A program made the position numbers and the translations under genes. The notes beneath the pieces were generated by a model. The model was not told the origin of the DNA. It did not search any database and saw nothing but the letters and a program-made list of their open reading frames with translations. Of a stretch of DNA of 64,000 nucleotides, positions 10,249 through 19,470 are shown piece by piece. The stretch lies in NCBI GenBank assembly GCA_023261815.1, contig JALNKA010000001.1, positions 128,001-192,000 on the forward strand, given 5' to 3'. The number at the start of each line of letters is the position of its first letter. The first letter of the stretch is position 1. This DNA comes from Candidatus Wolframiiraptor sinensis (GTDB taxonomy: Archaea; Thermoproteota; Nitrososphaeria_A; Caldarchaeales; Wolframiiraptoraceae).

Positions 10249-11801
10249 TAATCGTGAATCCTCTTAACATAATCTTGATCCTGATCGGAGCCGCGTTCCT
10301 CATCGTAATCCTCGACCCGATCTTCAGGAGGGCGAGGTTAATAGAGTTCGGGGGCGTGATCGCGAGCCTCGCGTTCACCGCGACGCTGATAATCTTGGCG
10401 ATTGAGGCGGCAGCCGGGGCCACAGCTAGAACGGTGATATTCGGTCCGGATTCCCCTTTAACAGCCTCGCTCAAACTCGACGCACTAAGCATCTACCTCT
10501 CGATGATCTTCTCCGGCCTCGGCCTCATGGCCTCAATATACTCGATCAGATACATGCTCTTCGATGTCGAGCATCTGCCCCTCGATGACCTCCTCTGGAC
10601 CAGGAGAAGAGAGCTGGGCTTTGACAGATACTATGCCCTCCTCCTGACACTGGTCGCGGGGATGATCGGCGTCACCATGGCAAACGATTTCTTCACGCTC
10701 TACGTATTCTGGGAGCTCATGGCGATCTCATCATATTCGCTCGTCGCTTTCAGGAAGTGGTCTTGGGAGGCGGTCGAGGCGGGCTTCAAGTATCTCGTAA
10801 TGAGCACCCTCGGATCGCTCGCAGCGCTCCTCGGGATAGCCCTGCTCTATGGGCTCGCTGGCTCGCTCCGATTCGACGCCGTAAGGGCCGCGGTCTTCGG
10901 CGGAAACATTGCGGCCACATTCTCCCTCGCGATGATCGTGATAGGCTTCGGCGTAACGGCCGCGATCGTCCCATTCCACTCCTGGCTCCCCGACGCGCAC
11001 TCCGCAGCGCCAACCCCCATCGTAGTCCTATCCGGGGTCGTGATCAAAACCGGCGTCTACGCGATACTCTGGTCCATGTTCAGGGTATTTGGCCCGGCAA
11101 CATACGGCTTCGGCCCAATCCTGATAGGCCTCGGCATCCTTACGATGAGCTTCGCCAACATCGCCGCCCTGATGCAGACGGATATCAAGAGATTTCTAGC
11201 ATACTCGAGCATAGCCAACATAGGTTACATAGTCATGGGGCTGGGGCTCGCAGCCCACATCCTGAAAGCACATCCATCCGAGATCGGGCCAGCGGCTCTC
11301 GCGCTAGCCGGAGTACTCCTCCACGTGCTCAACCACGCGCTCGGAAAGGGCCTCTCATTCCTCTCAGCAGGATGTTACATAATCAGGACGGGATCCAGAG
11401 AGATAGGAAGCCTCGAGGGAGTCGGGCCCAGAATGCCCATAACAACGGCATCGCTCGGAGTTGGGCTACTGAACCTCGCCGGAGTCCCGCCGCTGAGCGG
11501 ATTCTGGAGCAAGCTCCTCATAATCTCGGCCGGCCTCGGTGTTCCCTCGGACAACCTGATGCTCGCGGCGACGATAATCTTCATACTGAACAGCATCTTA
11601 GCGGCCGGCGGCTACCTCTGGCTCCTCCAAAGGCTGGCCTTCAAGAGACCGGGATCGAGCGGGGCTTACGGGGAGATTAAGGAGGCGCCCCCGCTCATGC
11701 TAGCGCCCCTAATAATCCTCGCGGCCGCCTGCATAATGGTCACGCTCATGCTGAACCCGATCCTCCAGTTCATACAAAATATCCTGGAGGTGATCATGTG
11801 A
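10242..11801 (+). CDS. Antiporter-like subunit (NuoN/MrpD-like)
   Basis: FWELM, PFHSWLPDAH, KRFLAYSS, GVPPLSGFWSK. Confidence 0.92.
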   Translation: MVIIVNPLNIILILIGAAFLIVILDPIFRRARLIEFGGVIASLAFTATLIILAIEAAAGATARTVIFGPDSPLTASLKLDALSIYLSMIFSGLGLMASIYSIRYMLFDVEHLPLDDLLWTRRRELGFDRYYALLLTLVAGMIGVTMANDFFTLYVFWELMAISSYSLVAFRKWSWEAVEAGFKYLVMSTLGSLAALLGIALLYGLAGSLRFDAVRAAVFGGNIAATFSLAMIVIGFGVTAAIVPFHSWLPDAHSAAPTPIVVLSGVVIKTGVYAILWSMFRVFGPATYGFGPILIGLGILTMSFANIAALMQTDIKRFLAYSSIANIGYIVMGLGLAAHILKAHPSEIGPAALALAGVLLHVLNHALGKGLSFLSAGCYIIRTGSREIGSLEGVGPRMPITTASLGVGLLNLAGVPPLSGFWSKLLIISAGLGVPSDNLMLAATIIFILNSILAAGGYLWLLQRLAFKRPGSSGAYGEIKEAPPLMLAPLIILAAACIMVTLMLNPILQFIQNILEVIM

Positions 11802-13798
11802 TGAGCCTCGAGCTCTGGGCTATGCAGGCCTGGGCTAGCTGGATTATACCGCTGGTCGGCGCACTGCTGACGCCACTTCTCGCCAGGATCGGCGGCAGGG
11901 CGAGGGATTATGGAGCCGTGGCATTCTCATTCCTCGCGATGCTGATGACCTTGAGCCTGATACCGCTATTGTTCGAGGATGTTAGCTGGCCTTTGAGGAG
12001 CCAGGTTTCATGGGTGCTTCTGCCGGAAGCGCCGGCGCTCTCGGAGATAAAGGCCGGGATTATGCTCGACCCGCTCAGCATAATAATGGCTAACATCGTC
12101 TCGGCGGTCAGCTTCCTGATAATGGTCTACTCTCTCGGATACATGCACGGGGACCCGGGCCTCACGAGATACTGGTTCTTCATGAACTTCTTCATCGCGA
12201 ACATGCTCCTCCTAGTGCTCGCCGACAACCTCATTCTCATGCTGGTCGGCTGGGAGGGCGTGGGCCTCTGCAGCTACGCGCTCATAGGCTACTGGTATCA
12301 GGACTCGAGGGGGGGCTGGCTGCACTACTGGGTCGGCGAGCCGCCAGAAACTTACCCGCCATCACACTGCGGCATGAAGGCCTTCATGGTAACTAGGCTC
12401 GGAGATCTCTTCATGATCGCGGGGATACTGATCCTAGCGGCCGCCGTCAAGACCGTGAGCTTCCCAGAGCTCATACACGCCGACTCGCTAGCCCCAGCGG
12501 ACCTTAGATGGCTCCTCCCGATCTCCCTCATACTGATCCTCGGCGGGGCCGTGGGCAAGTCGGCTCAGCTGCCGCTAATGGAGTGGCTCCCGGACGCGAT
12601 GGCCGGCCCATCATCCGTCAGCGCGCTGATCCACGCTGCCACGATGGTTAAGGCCGGGGTATACCTCGTCGCGAGGCTCTTCCCCATAGCTGTCAGCTGG
12701 AGCGCGAGCCTGCCGGCGACGATGAGCTTCTTCTATACGGTCATGTGGATCGGGGCTTTAACGGCATTCATCGCCGCTAGCCAGGCAATAGTCTCCACCG
12801 AGCTCAAGAAGGTTCTAGCATACTCGACCGTCAGTCAGATAGGATACATGATGATGGCCCTCGGCGCCGCCGGCCTCTCGGCCGAGATAATAAGCGGATA
12901 TATGGCCTCGATATTCCACATGATGAATCACGCTGTCTTTAAGGCTGCACTCTTCCTCGCGGCCGGCTCGATAATTCACGCATCAGGATCGAGGTTCCTG
13001 AGGGATATGGGCGGCCTCCGGAAAAGCATGCCGATAACGTTCTACAGCACGCTTCTCGCGACCCTAGCTCTCATGGGCCTACCCCCCTTCGGCGGATTCT
13101 GGAGCAAAGACCTAGTCCTCTCAGCAGCATTATCCTCCGGAGAATATGCGGTCTTCATTCTCGGCTTAGCCACGGCGATCCTAACAGCATTCTACAGCAT
13201 CAGGATGATAGGGCTGGCCTTCTACGGCGGGAAGCGCGAGAAGGCACATGAGGCGCCGAGGATCATGTGGGCGCCATACTTGATTCTAGCGGCTCTCAGC
13301 CTCGCGCTGGGCCTGATCGCCCCTATGCTCGAGGGATTCCTCGAGGAATCCCTATCACGCATCCTACCCATCCACGCGCATAAGGTGGGCGAGACTCATG
13401 GAGCGCAGTTCATCATCCCGCTGGCATCGATTATCGCCATCATCGTTGGAGCGGCTCCAGCCTACCTGATCTACGTGAGGAGGGTTAAGAGCTCGGAGGA
13501 GATAGTCGAGAGGCGCGGCTACATGAGGGTGCTCAGGACACTACTGGTTAGAAGATACTACATCAATGCCTTCTACTACAGGGCCATCGCCTATCCCTCA
13601 ATAAGGCTCGGTTGCGCGATCCAGAGAGCATTCGAGTCCAGGGTGATAGAGGGAATGAATGAAGCGCTATCCATCGGAGCGAGAAGATTCTCTGACATCA
13701 TTAGGAGGGTGCACACGGGCTTATTGAACCACTATGTTATTGGGCTCATCCTCGGTGCCCTAATACTCATAATCCTAATCCTGGCTGGAGGTGCCTGA
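11798..13798 (+). CDS. Antiporter-like subunit NuoL
   Basis: GWEGVGLCSY, GKSAQLP, WLPDAMAGP, SALIHAATMV; long C-terminal transverse-helix region. Confidence 0.94.
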   Translation: MMSLELWAMQAWASWIIPLVGALLTPLLARIGGRARDYGAVAFSFLAMLMTLSLIPLLFEDVSWPLRSQVSWVLLPEAPALSEIKAGIMLDPLSIIMANIVSAVSFLIMVYSLGYMHGDPGLTRYWFFMNFFIANMLLLVLADNLILMLVGWEGVGLCSYALIGYWYQDSRGGWLHYWVGEPPETYPPSHCGMKAFMVTRLGDLFMIAGILILAAAVKTVSFPELIHADSLAPADLRWLLPISLILILGGAVGKSAQLPLMEWLPDAMAGPSSVSALIHAATMVKAGVYLVARLFPIAVSWSASLPATMSFFYTVMWIGALTAFIAASQAIVSTELKKVLAYSTVSQIGYMMMALGAAGLSAEIISGYMASIFHMMNHAVFKAALFLAAGSIIHASGSRFLRDMGGLRKSMPITFYSTLLATLALMGLPPFGGFWSKDLVLSAALSSGEYAVFILGLATAILTAFYSIRMIGLAFYGGKREKAHEAPRIMWAPYLILAALSLALGLIAPMLEGFLEESLSRILPIHAHKVGETHGAQFIIPLASIIAIIVGAAPAYLIYVRRVKSSEEIVERRGYMRVLRTLLVRRYYINAFYYRAIAYPSIRLGCAIQRAFESRVIEGMNEALSIGARRFSDIIRRVHTGLLNHYVIGLILGALILIILILAGGA

Positions 13799-13801
13799 AA
13801 A

Positions 13802-15286
13802 ATGATGGACGCGCATCACCTGCTCCTCCAATCCATAATCGCCCCTCTCATAGCCTCGCCGATAATCCTGGCACTCGGCGGCAGGTTCGGGAGAAAGGTT
13901 GGCTGGGTCGCGCTGATCCCGCTAGTCTATTCCGTGTTATGCCTAATCACCGCGGGATACGTGGTCCATGAATCCGGCTCGCCACTCCAGGCATCCTATC
14001 CATGGGTTCAGCTCCTCGGAGACTTCATACTCCTCTTCGACGGCTTGAGCGGCCCAATCGCCATGACGATCGCTGTGGTCGGGCTCCTAGCATGCATCTA
14101 CTCGATCGCCTACATGGATCTCCGCGATGGATGGGGAGGCTACTTCTCCTTATACCTCCTCTTCGACGCTGGCATGCTAGGTGCAGCTCTCTCCGCGAAC
14201 CTTGCAGCCTTCTTCATCTTCATCGAGCTCATGCTGATAGCATCATGGCTCCTGATAGCATTATGGGGCGGTGAGGATAGATGGCGCGCGGCCCTCAAAT
14301 ACTTCCTCTACACTAAGGCGGGAGCCTTGATCCTCTTGGCAGGCATAGGGCTAACATACTCCATCGTGGGAACGCTGAACATCCTCGAGCTCGCCTCGAA
14401 GGCCGCCGGCCTGAGCTCTTCCATGATCTCCCTAATAGCCTCGCTGATGATAGTAGGCTTCCTCGTTAAGATGGCGATCTTCCCGCTCCACTCCTGGCTT
14501 CCCGACGCCTACGTCCAGTCTCCAGCCCCCGTTACGGCGATATTCTCGGCTGGGACCGGCATAGGGGGCTACGCTGCTCTTAGGATAATCTACACCGCCT
14601 TCCCGCAAATGATCTCGCAGAGGGGCTTCATGCTCGCGCTGCTCGCCCTCGCCCTGATAACGATGATCTACGGCGGATACCTGGCCCTCGCGCAGAACAA
14701 TCTGAAGAGGCTTCTAGCGTATTCCAGCATAAGCCAGATGGGCTACATGCTTCTCGGCGTAGCCTCGGCTTCAATCATAGGGCTGGCCGGAGCCGCGCTG
14801 ATATACGTGGCCCACAGCCTCTCGAAGGCTATACTTTTCATGATCTCGGGAATGCTCTCTAGGACCATTGGCACAGATAACTTGGACGAGCTCGGCGGCC
14901 TAGCCGGAAGAATGCGAGCCATGAGCATAGCCTTCATGGTGGGATTCCTGAGCCTGATGGGCTATCCGCCGCTCCTCGGATTCTGGGGGGAGCTCCTCAT
15001 CTTCGCCGGATCGATATACTCAGCGCTCCACCCCCCATTCGATGCGCTGAGGCTCGTGCTAACGATGATCGCGATAATCTTCTCGCTGATCACCGCGGGA
15101 TACGGGCTCTGGGCAATAAGAAGAAGCTTATTTGGGGAGGAGTCCGAGGCCGTGAGAAGAAGCGGGCCCGAGCCGCGGCTCATGCTAGCGCCCATAATCG
15201 CCTCCGCAATACTCTTGGCGGCTCTGGGAATCTACCCGACCATGTTGACGAAGCTCCTTGAAACCTTGGCCTTAATCCTCGGCTAG
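13802..15286 (+). CDS. Antiporter-like subunit NuoM
   Basis: FIELML, KMAIFPLHSWLPDAY, KRLLAYSSISQMG, GFWGE. Confidence 0.92.
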   Translation: MMDAHHLLLQSIIAPLIASPIILALGGRFGRKVGWVALIPLVYSVLCLITAGYVVHESGSPLQASYPWVQLLGDFILLFDGLSGPIAMTIAVVGLLACIYSIAYMDLRDGWGGYFSLYLLFDAGMLGAALSANLAAFFIFIELMLIASWLLIALWGGEDRWRAALKYFLYTKAGALILLAGIGLTYSIVGTLNILELASKAAGLSSSMISLIASLMIVGFLVKMAIFPLHSWLPDAYVQSPAPVTAIFSAGTGIGGYAALRIIYTAFPQMISQRGFMLALLALALITMIYGGYLALAQNNLKRLLAYSSISQMGYMLLGVASASIIGLAGAALIYVAHSLSKAILFMISGMLSRTIGTDNLDELGGLAGRMRAMSIAFMVGFLSLMGYPPLLGFWGELLIFAGSIYSALHPPFDALRLVLTMIAIIFSLITAGYGLWAIRRSLFGEESEAVRRSGPEPRLMLAPIIASAILLAALGIYPTMLTKLLETLALILG

Positions 15287-15496
15287 GCTCATGGCCTCCT
15301 CGATCGCTCTCAGCATCTCGAGAGCGCTCTTCTCATCTAGGACCCTTATCGCATATCCCGCGTGGACTAGGACGTAGTCGCCCACTCCGGCGTCAACCAT
15401 CGCCAAGATAACCTCCCTCCTAACACCATTGCCGAAGTCCACGACCCCGATATCCCCCTTTACCTCGACGACCTTGCCGGGAACTGCGTAGCACAT
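15272..15496 (-). CDS. hypC: Hydrogenase chaperone HypC
   Basis: MCYAVPG N-terminus and VLVHAGYA. Confidence 0.96.
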   Translation of the reverse strand: MCYAVPGKVVEVKGDIGVVDFGNGVRREVILAMVDAGVGDYVLVHAGYAIRVLDEKSALEMLRAIEEAMSLAED

Positions 15497-15533
15497 CCAG
15501 GATAATGGGGATCCAGCCGCCTATTAAGGAACT

Positions 15534-15941
15534 CTAATGGATGGGCATAATCATGTAGGTCAGCTGCTTTATCCTCCCAATACCCCTCAGCCTTCTAACA
15601 AGCTCCTTGATCTCGGAGGCCCTACCCCGGACGGCCACGACGAGCAGGCAATCCTCTTCCGAGAGATGAATGTGGAGGCTCGATGGTATGAGCTTCAGGA
15701 ACTCGTGCTGGGCATCGGTCAGCTTCTCCTCGATGCCATGCTCCTCGTGAGAGTAGTGGATGAGAATCGCGCCGGCAACCTCCTCATCAGCAATCCTCCA
15801 GGAGTTCATCGCGATGAAGCCCCTCACAGCTTCTTGAATCGCCTGAGATCTAGACGCTATCCCAAGATCCCCGATAATCCTATCGAATGTCTTCAGGAGG
15901 TCCTCGGGAAAGGAGACGCCCGTCCTAATAATCCTCCCCAT
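15534..15941 (-). CDS. nikR: Nickel-responsive regulator NikR
   Basis: N-terminal RHH (RTGVSF...SRSQAI) and QH...HIH...C nickel site. Confidence 0.9.
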   Translation of the reverse strand: MGRIIRTGVSFPEDLLKTFDRIIGDLGIASRSQAIQEAVRGFIAMNSWRIADEEVAGAILIHYSHEEHGIEEKLTDAQHEFLKLIPSSLHIHLSEEDCLLVVAVRGRASEIKELVRRLRGIGRIKQLTYMIMPIH

Positions 15942-15991
15942 AATGCTGGGTTATGGTGCTCGGCTCTTATAACGATATTCCAGCCGCCCCC

Positions 15992-16417
15992 TCAGGGACC
16001 CTCGACGAGCTCCTCCTCGAAGAGCTCCGCCAAGCTCATTCTCATGATCCTCCTCGCGTCCTCTTCTGCCGAGTTCAGCGATCTCTCAAGCTCGGATAAA
16101 ATGCTCCTCCTAGCTCTGAGCTCAAGCCTTCTAAGGCCCAGCGCGAACACCGCTTTCAGATCTGGCCCCTCAACGATCTCTATATTCAGCTTTCCGAGCG
16201 TGCACCCGGTGATGTACTGGATGCCGTCCGCGAAGCACGTGTACGGCGTGGAGATCTTTGGGACGATTATCCTCGCCCTCATCTTGAAGGGATCGTATCC
16301 CAGCGCCTCGATCGCCCTGAGCCCAGCCCTGACGCCTAGAGCTAGGAATGGGCCGATGTGGCAGTGGAGCATTGACGCTTCCTCCAGAATCCTATCGAGA
16401 ATGTTCGATGGCTTCAT
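15992..16417 (-). CDS. FmdE-family metal-binding protein
   Basis: HCHIGPFLALG and CFADGIQYITGCTLGK. Confidence 0.88.
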   Translation of the reverse strand: MKPSNILDRILEEASMLHCHIGPFLALGVRAGLRAIEALGYDPFKMRARIIVPKISTPYTCFADGIQYITGCTLGKLNIEIVEGPDLKAVFALGLRRLELRARRSILSELERSLNSAEEDARRIMRMSLAELFEEELVEGP

Positions 16418-17235
16418 GCACGCCTCCCCGCTGCCAAGCTCGCCCTCAGCCTAGAGTAGGCTGACGCGGCCAGCAAAATAATCAGGGCAGCGATCGTTAT
16501 ACATGAACCCGCCGGCAGATCATATAGGAAACTCATTAAGAGGCCCATGGAGGCCGATGCGGATCCAAAGATCCATGAGGCGGCGATAATGCCCTTCATG
16601 TTAGCCTGTAGCTGGAGCGAGGCCGCGGCCGGCACGTAGAGAAGCGAGAAGACGAGAAATCCCCCCGTCATCCTGAGGGCCAGGGTCACCGTCATCCCCG
16701 CTATCACGAGCATCGCGTACTTGTATGCCTTGACGTTAACTCCCTCAGCCTCGGCCAGCCTGATGTCGAATAATATCGAGCTTATCTTCCCCCAGAAGAT
16801 GATTAGGAGGGACAGGACGATCATCGATGCGAGGAGGAGGTAAGCTATGTACGTCGGCCTGATCGCGAGGATGCTGCCCCAGAGGAGCTGGCCCACGCTC
16901 TCGATCATCAGCGCGGGCCCCGGCGCCGAGATTATGAATATGAAGGCCAGGGCATTATACAGGGAGAAGAGGGTCATCGAGGCAAGGTCGATGGGTATTC
17001 TGAGGTGGTCTGCCAGCGGCCCAAGTATCATCGCGGTCACTATTGCGAGGAGCATCGCAAGAGAGATTATGTCGGCGCCGAGGGCGAGGGCTAGAGCTGA
17101 TCCGGCTAGAGCCGCGTGAGCCATCGAAAAAGCCATGGTTGTGAGCTTGAGCCTGTTGCATATGGCCCCCACCACGCCGCATAATCCTCCGGCCAGCACG
17201 CCGCCGATTATCGAGCTAATGAGTAGCATGAGCAT
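16414..17235 (-). CDS. Metal ABC transporter permease (ZnuB/MntB family)
   Basis: MAHAALAG, LLWGSIL, LAEAEG; hydrophobic. Confidence 0.9.
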   Translation of the reverse strand: MLMLLISSIIGGVLAGGLCGVVGAICNRLKLTTMAFSMAHAALAGSALALALGADIISLAMLLAIVTAMILGPLADHLRIPIDLASMTLFSLYNALAFIFIISAPGPALMIESVGQLLWGSILAIRPTYIAYLLLASMIVLSLLIIFWGKISSILFDIRLAEAEGVNVKAYKYAMLVIAGMTVTLALRMTGGFLVFSLLYVPAAASLQLQANMKGIIAASWIFGSASASMGLLMSFLYDLPAGSCITIAALIILLAASAYSRLRASLAAGRRA

Positions 17236-17932
17236 CCCTCATGATCACCTGACTCACTCGCCCATCCACCACCCGGATAACCAAGTCGGCGTCCATAGAG
17301 GAGTAGTCCAAGTCATGGCTGACGAGCAGTATAGTGCAGCCGCCTCTCAGGAGGCCCGGGAAGATCTCGCCGACTATGTATGAGCGTGTTTCTAGGTCTA
17401 TCGCGCTGAAAGGCTCATCCAGCAATAGCAGCTTGGGCTCCCGGACGATGGCCCTCGCGAGCAACACCTTCTGCTGCTGGCCGCCGCTGAGCTTACCAAA
17501 TGGCTTATCAGCGTGATCCATCATCCCGAGCAGCTCAAGTGCTCGATCGACCTTCTTCCAGCCGCTCTCCAAGAGCCTGCCAGAGAAGCTGCTTGACGCC
17601 AGCCCCATCGCGACAACTTCCCTGGCCGTGAAGGGCTCTATTGGGGGCTTCATGAAGTCCTGGGGGAGATATGATGATAGGGCCCTAGCCTTCGAGGCCT
17701 CTGCGGGGATATTGTACCCGAGGACCTTTATCCTCCCGCTACGCGGCTTCAATAATCCGAGAATAGTCTCGAGGAGCGTGGTCTTGCCGGCGCCATTCGG
17801 CCCGACGATCAGCGCCAGAGACCCGACGGGTATCCTCAGCGTGACATCCCTTAGAGCGGGCCTCTTCTCGCCATAATAGTATGTTGAGACCGAGTCCAAT
17901 TCCACGGCATTTTGTTCTAAGCCTTTCTCCAT
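17216..17932 (-). CDS. Metal ABC transporter ATPase
   Basis: GPNGAGKTT, LSGGQ, LLLDEP, SHD. Confidence 0.95.
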   Translation of the reverse strand: MEKGLEQNAVELDSVSTYYYGEKRPALRDVTLRIPVGSLALIVGPNGAGKTTLLETILGLLKPRSGRIKVLGYNIPAEASKARALSSYLPQDFMKPPIEPFTAREVVAMGLASSSFSGRLLESGWKKVDRALELLGMMDHADKPFGKLSGGQQQKVLLARAIVREPKLLLLDEPFSAIDLETRSYIVGEIFPGLLRGGCTILLVSHDLDYSSMDADLVIRVVDGRVSQVIMRDAHATH

Positions 17933-18882
17933 CTCCTCACCACCAGGACATATGCCAGGATTATGGATTCGGCCGCAGCCACGGCCGCGAGGCAGTAGCT
18001 CAGAGCACGGTAGAACTCGGCCTCCGCCCTAGCCCTCGATAAATCCCTCCTAACCTCGAGCACGTCAAGCGAGCTGAGGAGCTTTTCCGCATTCCTCCTC
18101 ATCAAGTCTATCAGGGTCTTGGTCTCAGGCTCGACTCCCGGGAAATTGGATAGGACCACGTGGACCGCGCCGATCATTCCCGCGAGGTTTTCTCCGAGCT
18201 CGATGCCGCTCTGTAGATTGCTTACCACCACGGCGACATCATTCTCTCTCCCGATTTTTACTAGTTTCTCGACGTCTGCGGATGATACCTTCTCGGGCGG
18301 GCCGAAGGATCCCGCGATCTTGAAGCCGAGCCACTCGACGAAATCCCTTTGCCACTCCATCACGATGACGTTAATCGAGGAGGCGCCCCTATTCCCAGCC
18401 TCATTCATTATCCTCCGCGCCGCCTCATCGAGCTCCATAAGCCTCTGCTCGAGCCTAGCGGACACATCTAGCCCCAGCCTAGAGCTAAGCGCGCCCGCAA
18501 CCTCCTCATAGTATCTTCTCACTCCATTGGGCGTGGACCAGCCGCCCGAGATCTTGATTAGCTCCGCGCTCGATCCGGAGGCCTCGTAGAGCTGGCTAAG
18601 CCATCCTTCCATGCCGTGATAAAAGATCAGCTTGGCCCTCGAGATCGCGTAGACGTCACTCGGCTTCACGTCATAATGTGCCGGGCAGATCGTCGGGCTG
18701 ACCAGGATGATGACCTCGACATCATCCCCGGCCAGGTCCTCGATTACGCTGCCGAGAACGCTGGTTGTCGCAACCACTAAGGGCTTTTCGCCGGCAACCG
18801 GCTGGATAGCGGGGAGCCAGCTGGCGAGCACCAGCAGGATCAGGATTATGATCGGGGGAGCCGCCCCTCTTAGTAACACCAT
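17917..18882 (-). CDS. Metal ABC transporter substrate-binding protein (ZnuA/TroA fold)
   Basis: Signal peptide, VVATT, CPAHYDVKP, C-terminal TM anchor. ATG 18882 is preferred because it lies ~25 nt below a TTAAATA box. Confidence 0.85.
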   Translation of the reverse strand: MVLLRGAAPPIIILILLVLASWLPAIQPVAGEKPLVVATTSVLGSVIEDLAGDDVEVIILVSPTICPAHYDVKPSDVYAISRAKLIFYHGMEGWLSQLYEASGSSAELIKISGGWSTPNGVRRYYEEVAGALSSRLGLDVSARLEQRLMELDEAARRIMNEAGNRGASSINVIVMEWQRDFVEWLGFKIAGSFGPPEKVSSADVEKLVKIGRENDVAVVVSNLQSGIELGENLAGMIGAVHVVLSNFPGVEPETKTLIDLMRRNAEKLLSSLDVLEVRRDLSRARAEAEFYRALSYCLAAVAAAESIILAYVLVVRRWRKA

Positions 18883-18900
18883 GATGGGATAATGGTAACA
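18873..18900. promoter_or_regulatory. Candidate NikR operator (two GTAACA half-sites, 22-bp period)
   Basis: GTAACA at 18873 and 18895 straddle the start of the metal ABC/fmdE/nikR/hypC run. Confidence 0.35.
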
Positions 18901-18929
18901 TGCTGTATTTAACCATCGACGCGCGAGGA

Positions 18930-19409
18930 TCACGTAATCTCATAGAGGTATATTTTGTGGGGTCTCCCGTTAATGCTCGATCTCATGATCGTGATCTCGG
19001 AGGGTTTTAGGGATGGAATGGGGAAGTCGTGGCAGATTATTCTCGAGCCCCTTCTGAGCGAGAGGAGCTTCGGCTTGAGGTCTTTCAGCGTCTCCGGGAG
19101 CAGGTAAAGCGTGATGACATCGGCGGCGGAGAAATCGAATTCGTAGAGGTTTCCATGGATTATTCTCGCCTTATCGTGGAGAAGCCTATCGCGTATGATG
19201 CTCATGGATTTCCTGAAGAGATTCTCATCAAGCTCGACGCCGATTGCCCTGCAGCGATAATCCTCGGCCGCGGACACCACTATCCTGCCATCGCCGGATC
19301 CAAGATCGATGAGAAGCTCGTCGGGCCTCGGGTCCGCGATCGCCAGCATCCTCCTAACCACGTCAAGAGGTGAAGGGACGAAGGGGATTCTTCCCCCACC
19401 CCTTCTCAT
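18930..19409 (-). CDS. Class I SAM-dependent methyltransferase (aKMT/FAM173-like)
   Basis: PFVPSP, DLGSGDGRI, VITLYL, ICHDF. Confidence 0.85.
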   Translation of the reverse strand: MRRGGGRIPFVPSPLDVVRRMLAIADPRPDELLIDLGSGDGRIVVSAAEDYRCRAIGVELDENLFRKSMSIIRDRLLHDKARIIHGNLYEFDFSAADVITLYLLPETLKDLKPKLLSLRRGSRIICHDFPIPSLKPSEITIMRSSINGRPHKIYLYEIT

Positions 19410-19470
19410 GCCAGCAAATCCTGAGGCCCGCCCTCACTATAAACCTTGTTCAACGCAAGCTTTTCATAGC

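Noticed and set aside
10757-11680. Long alternative-frame ORFs (also 15537-16454, 32055-32927, 20406-21113 and many others)
   Set aside because: GC-rich shadow frames overlapping well-supported genes, with no motifs.
5676-15286. True NADH dehydrogenase or Mbs/Mbx sulfane reductase
   Set aside because: The D subunit keeps both CxxC Ni motifs and a protease tail, and there is no NuoEFG.
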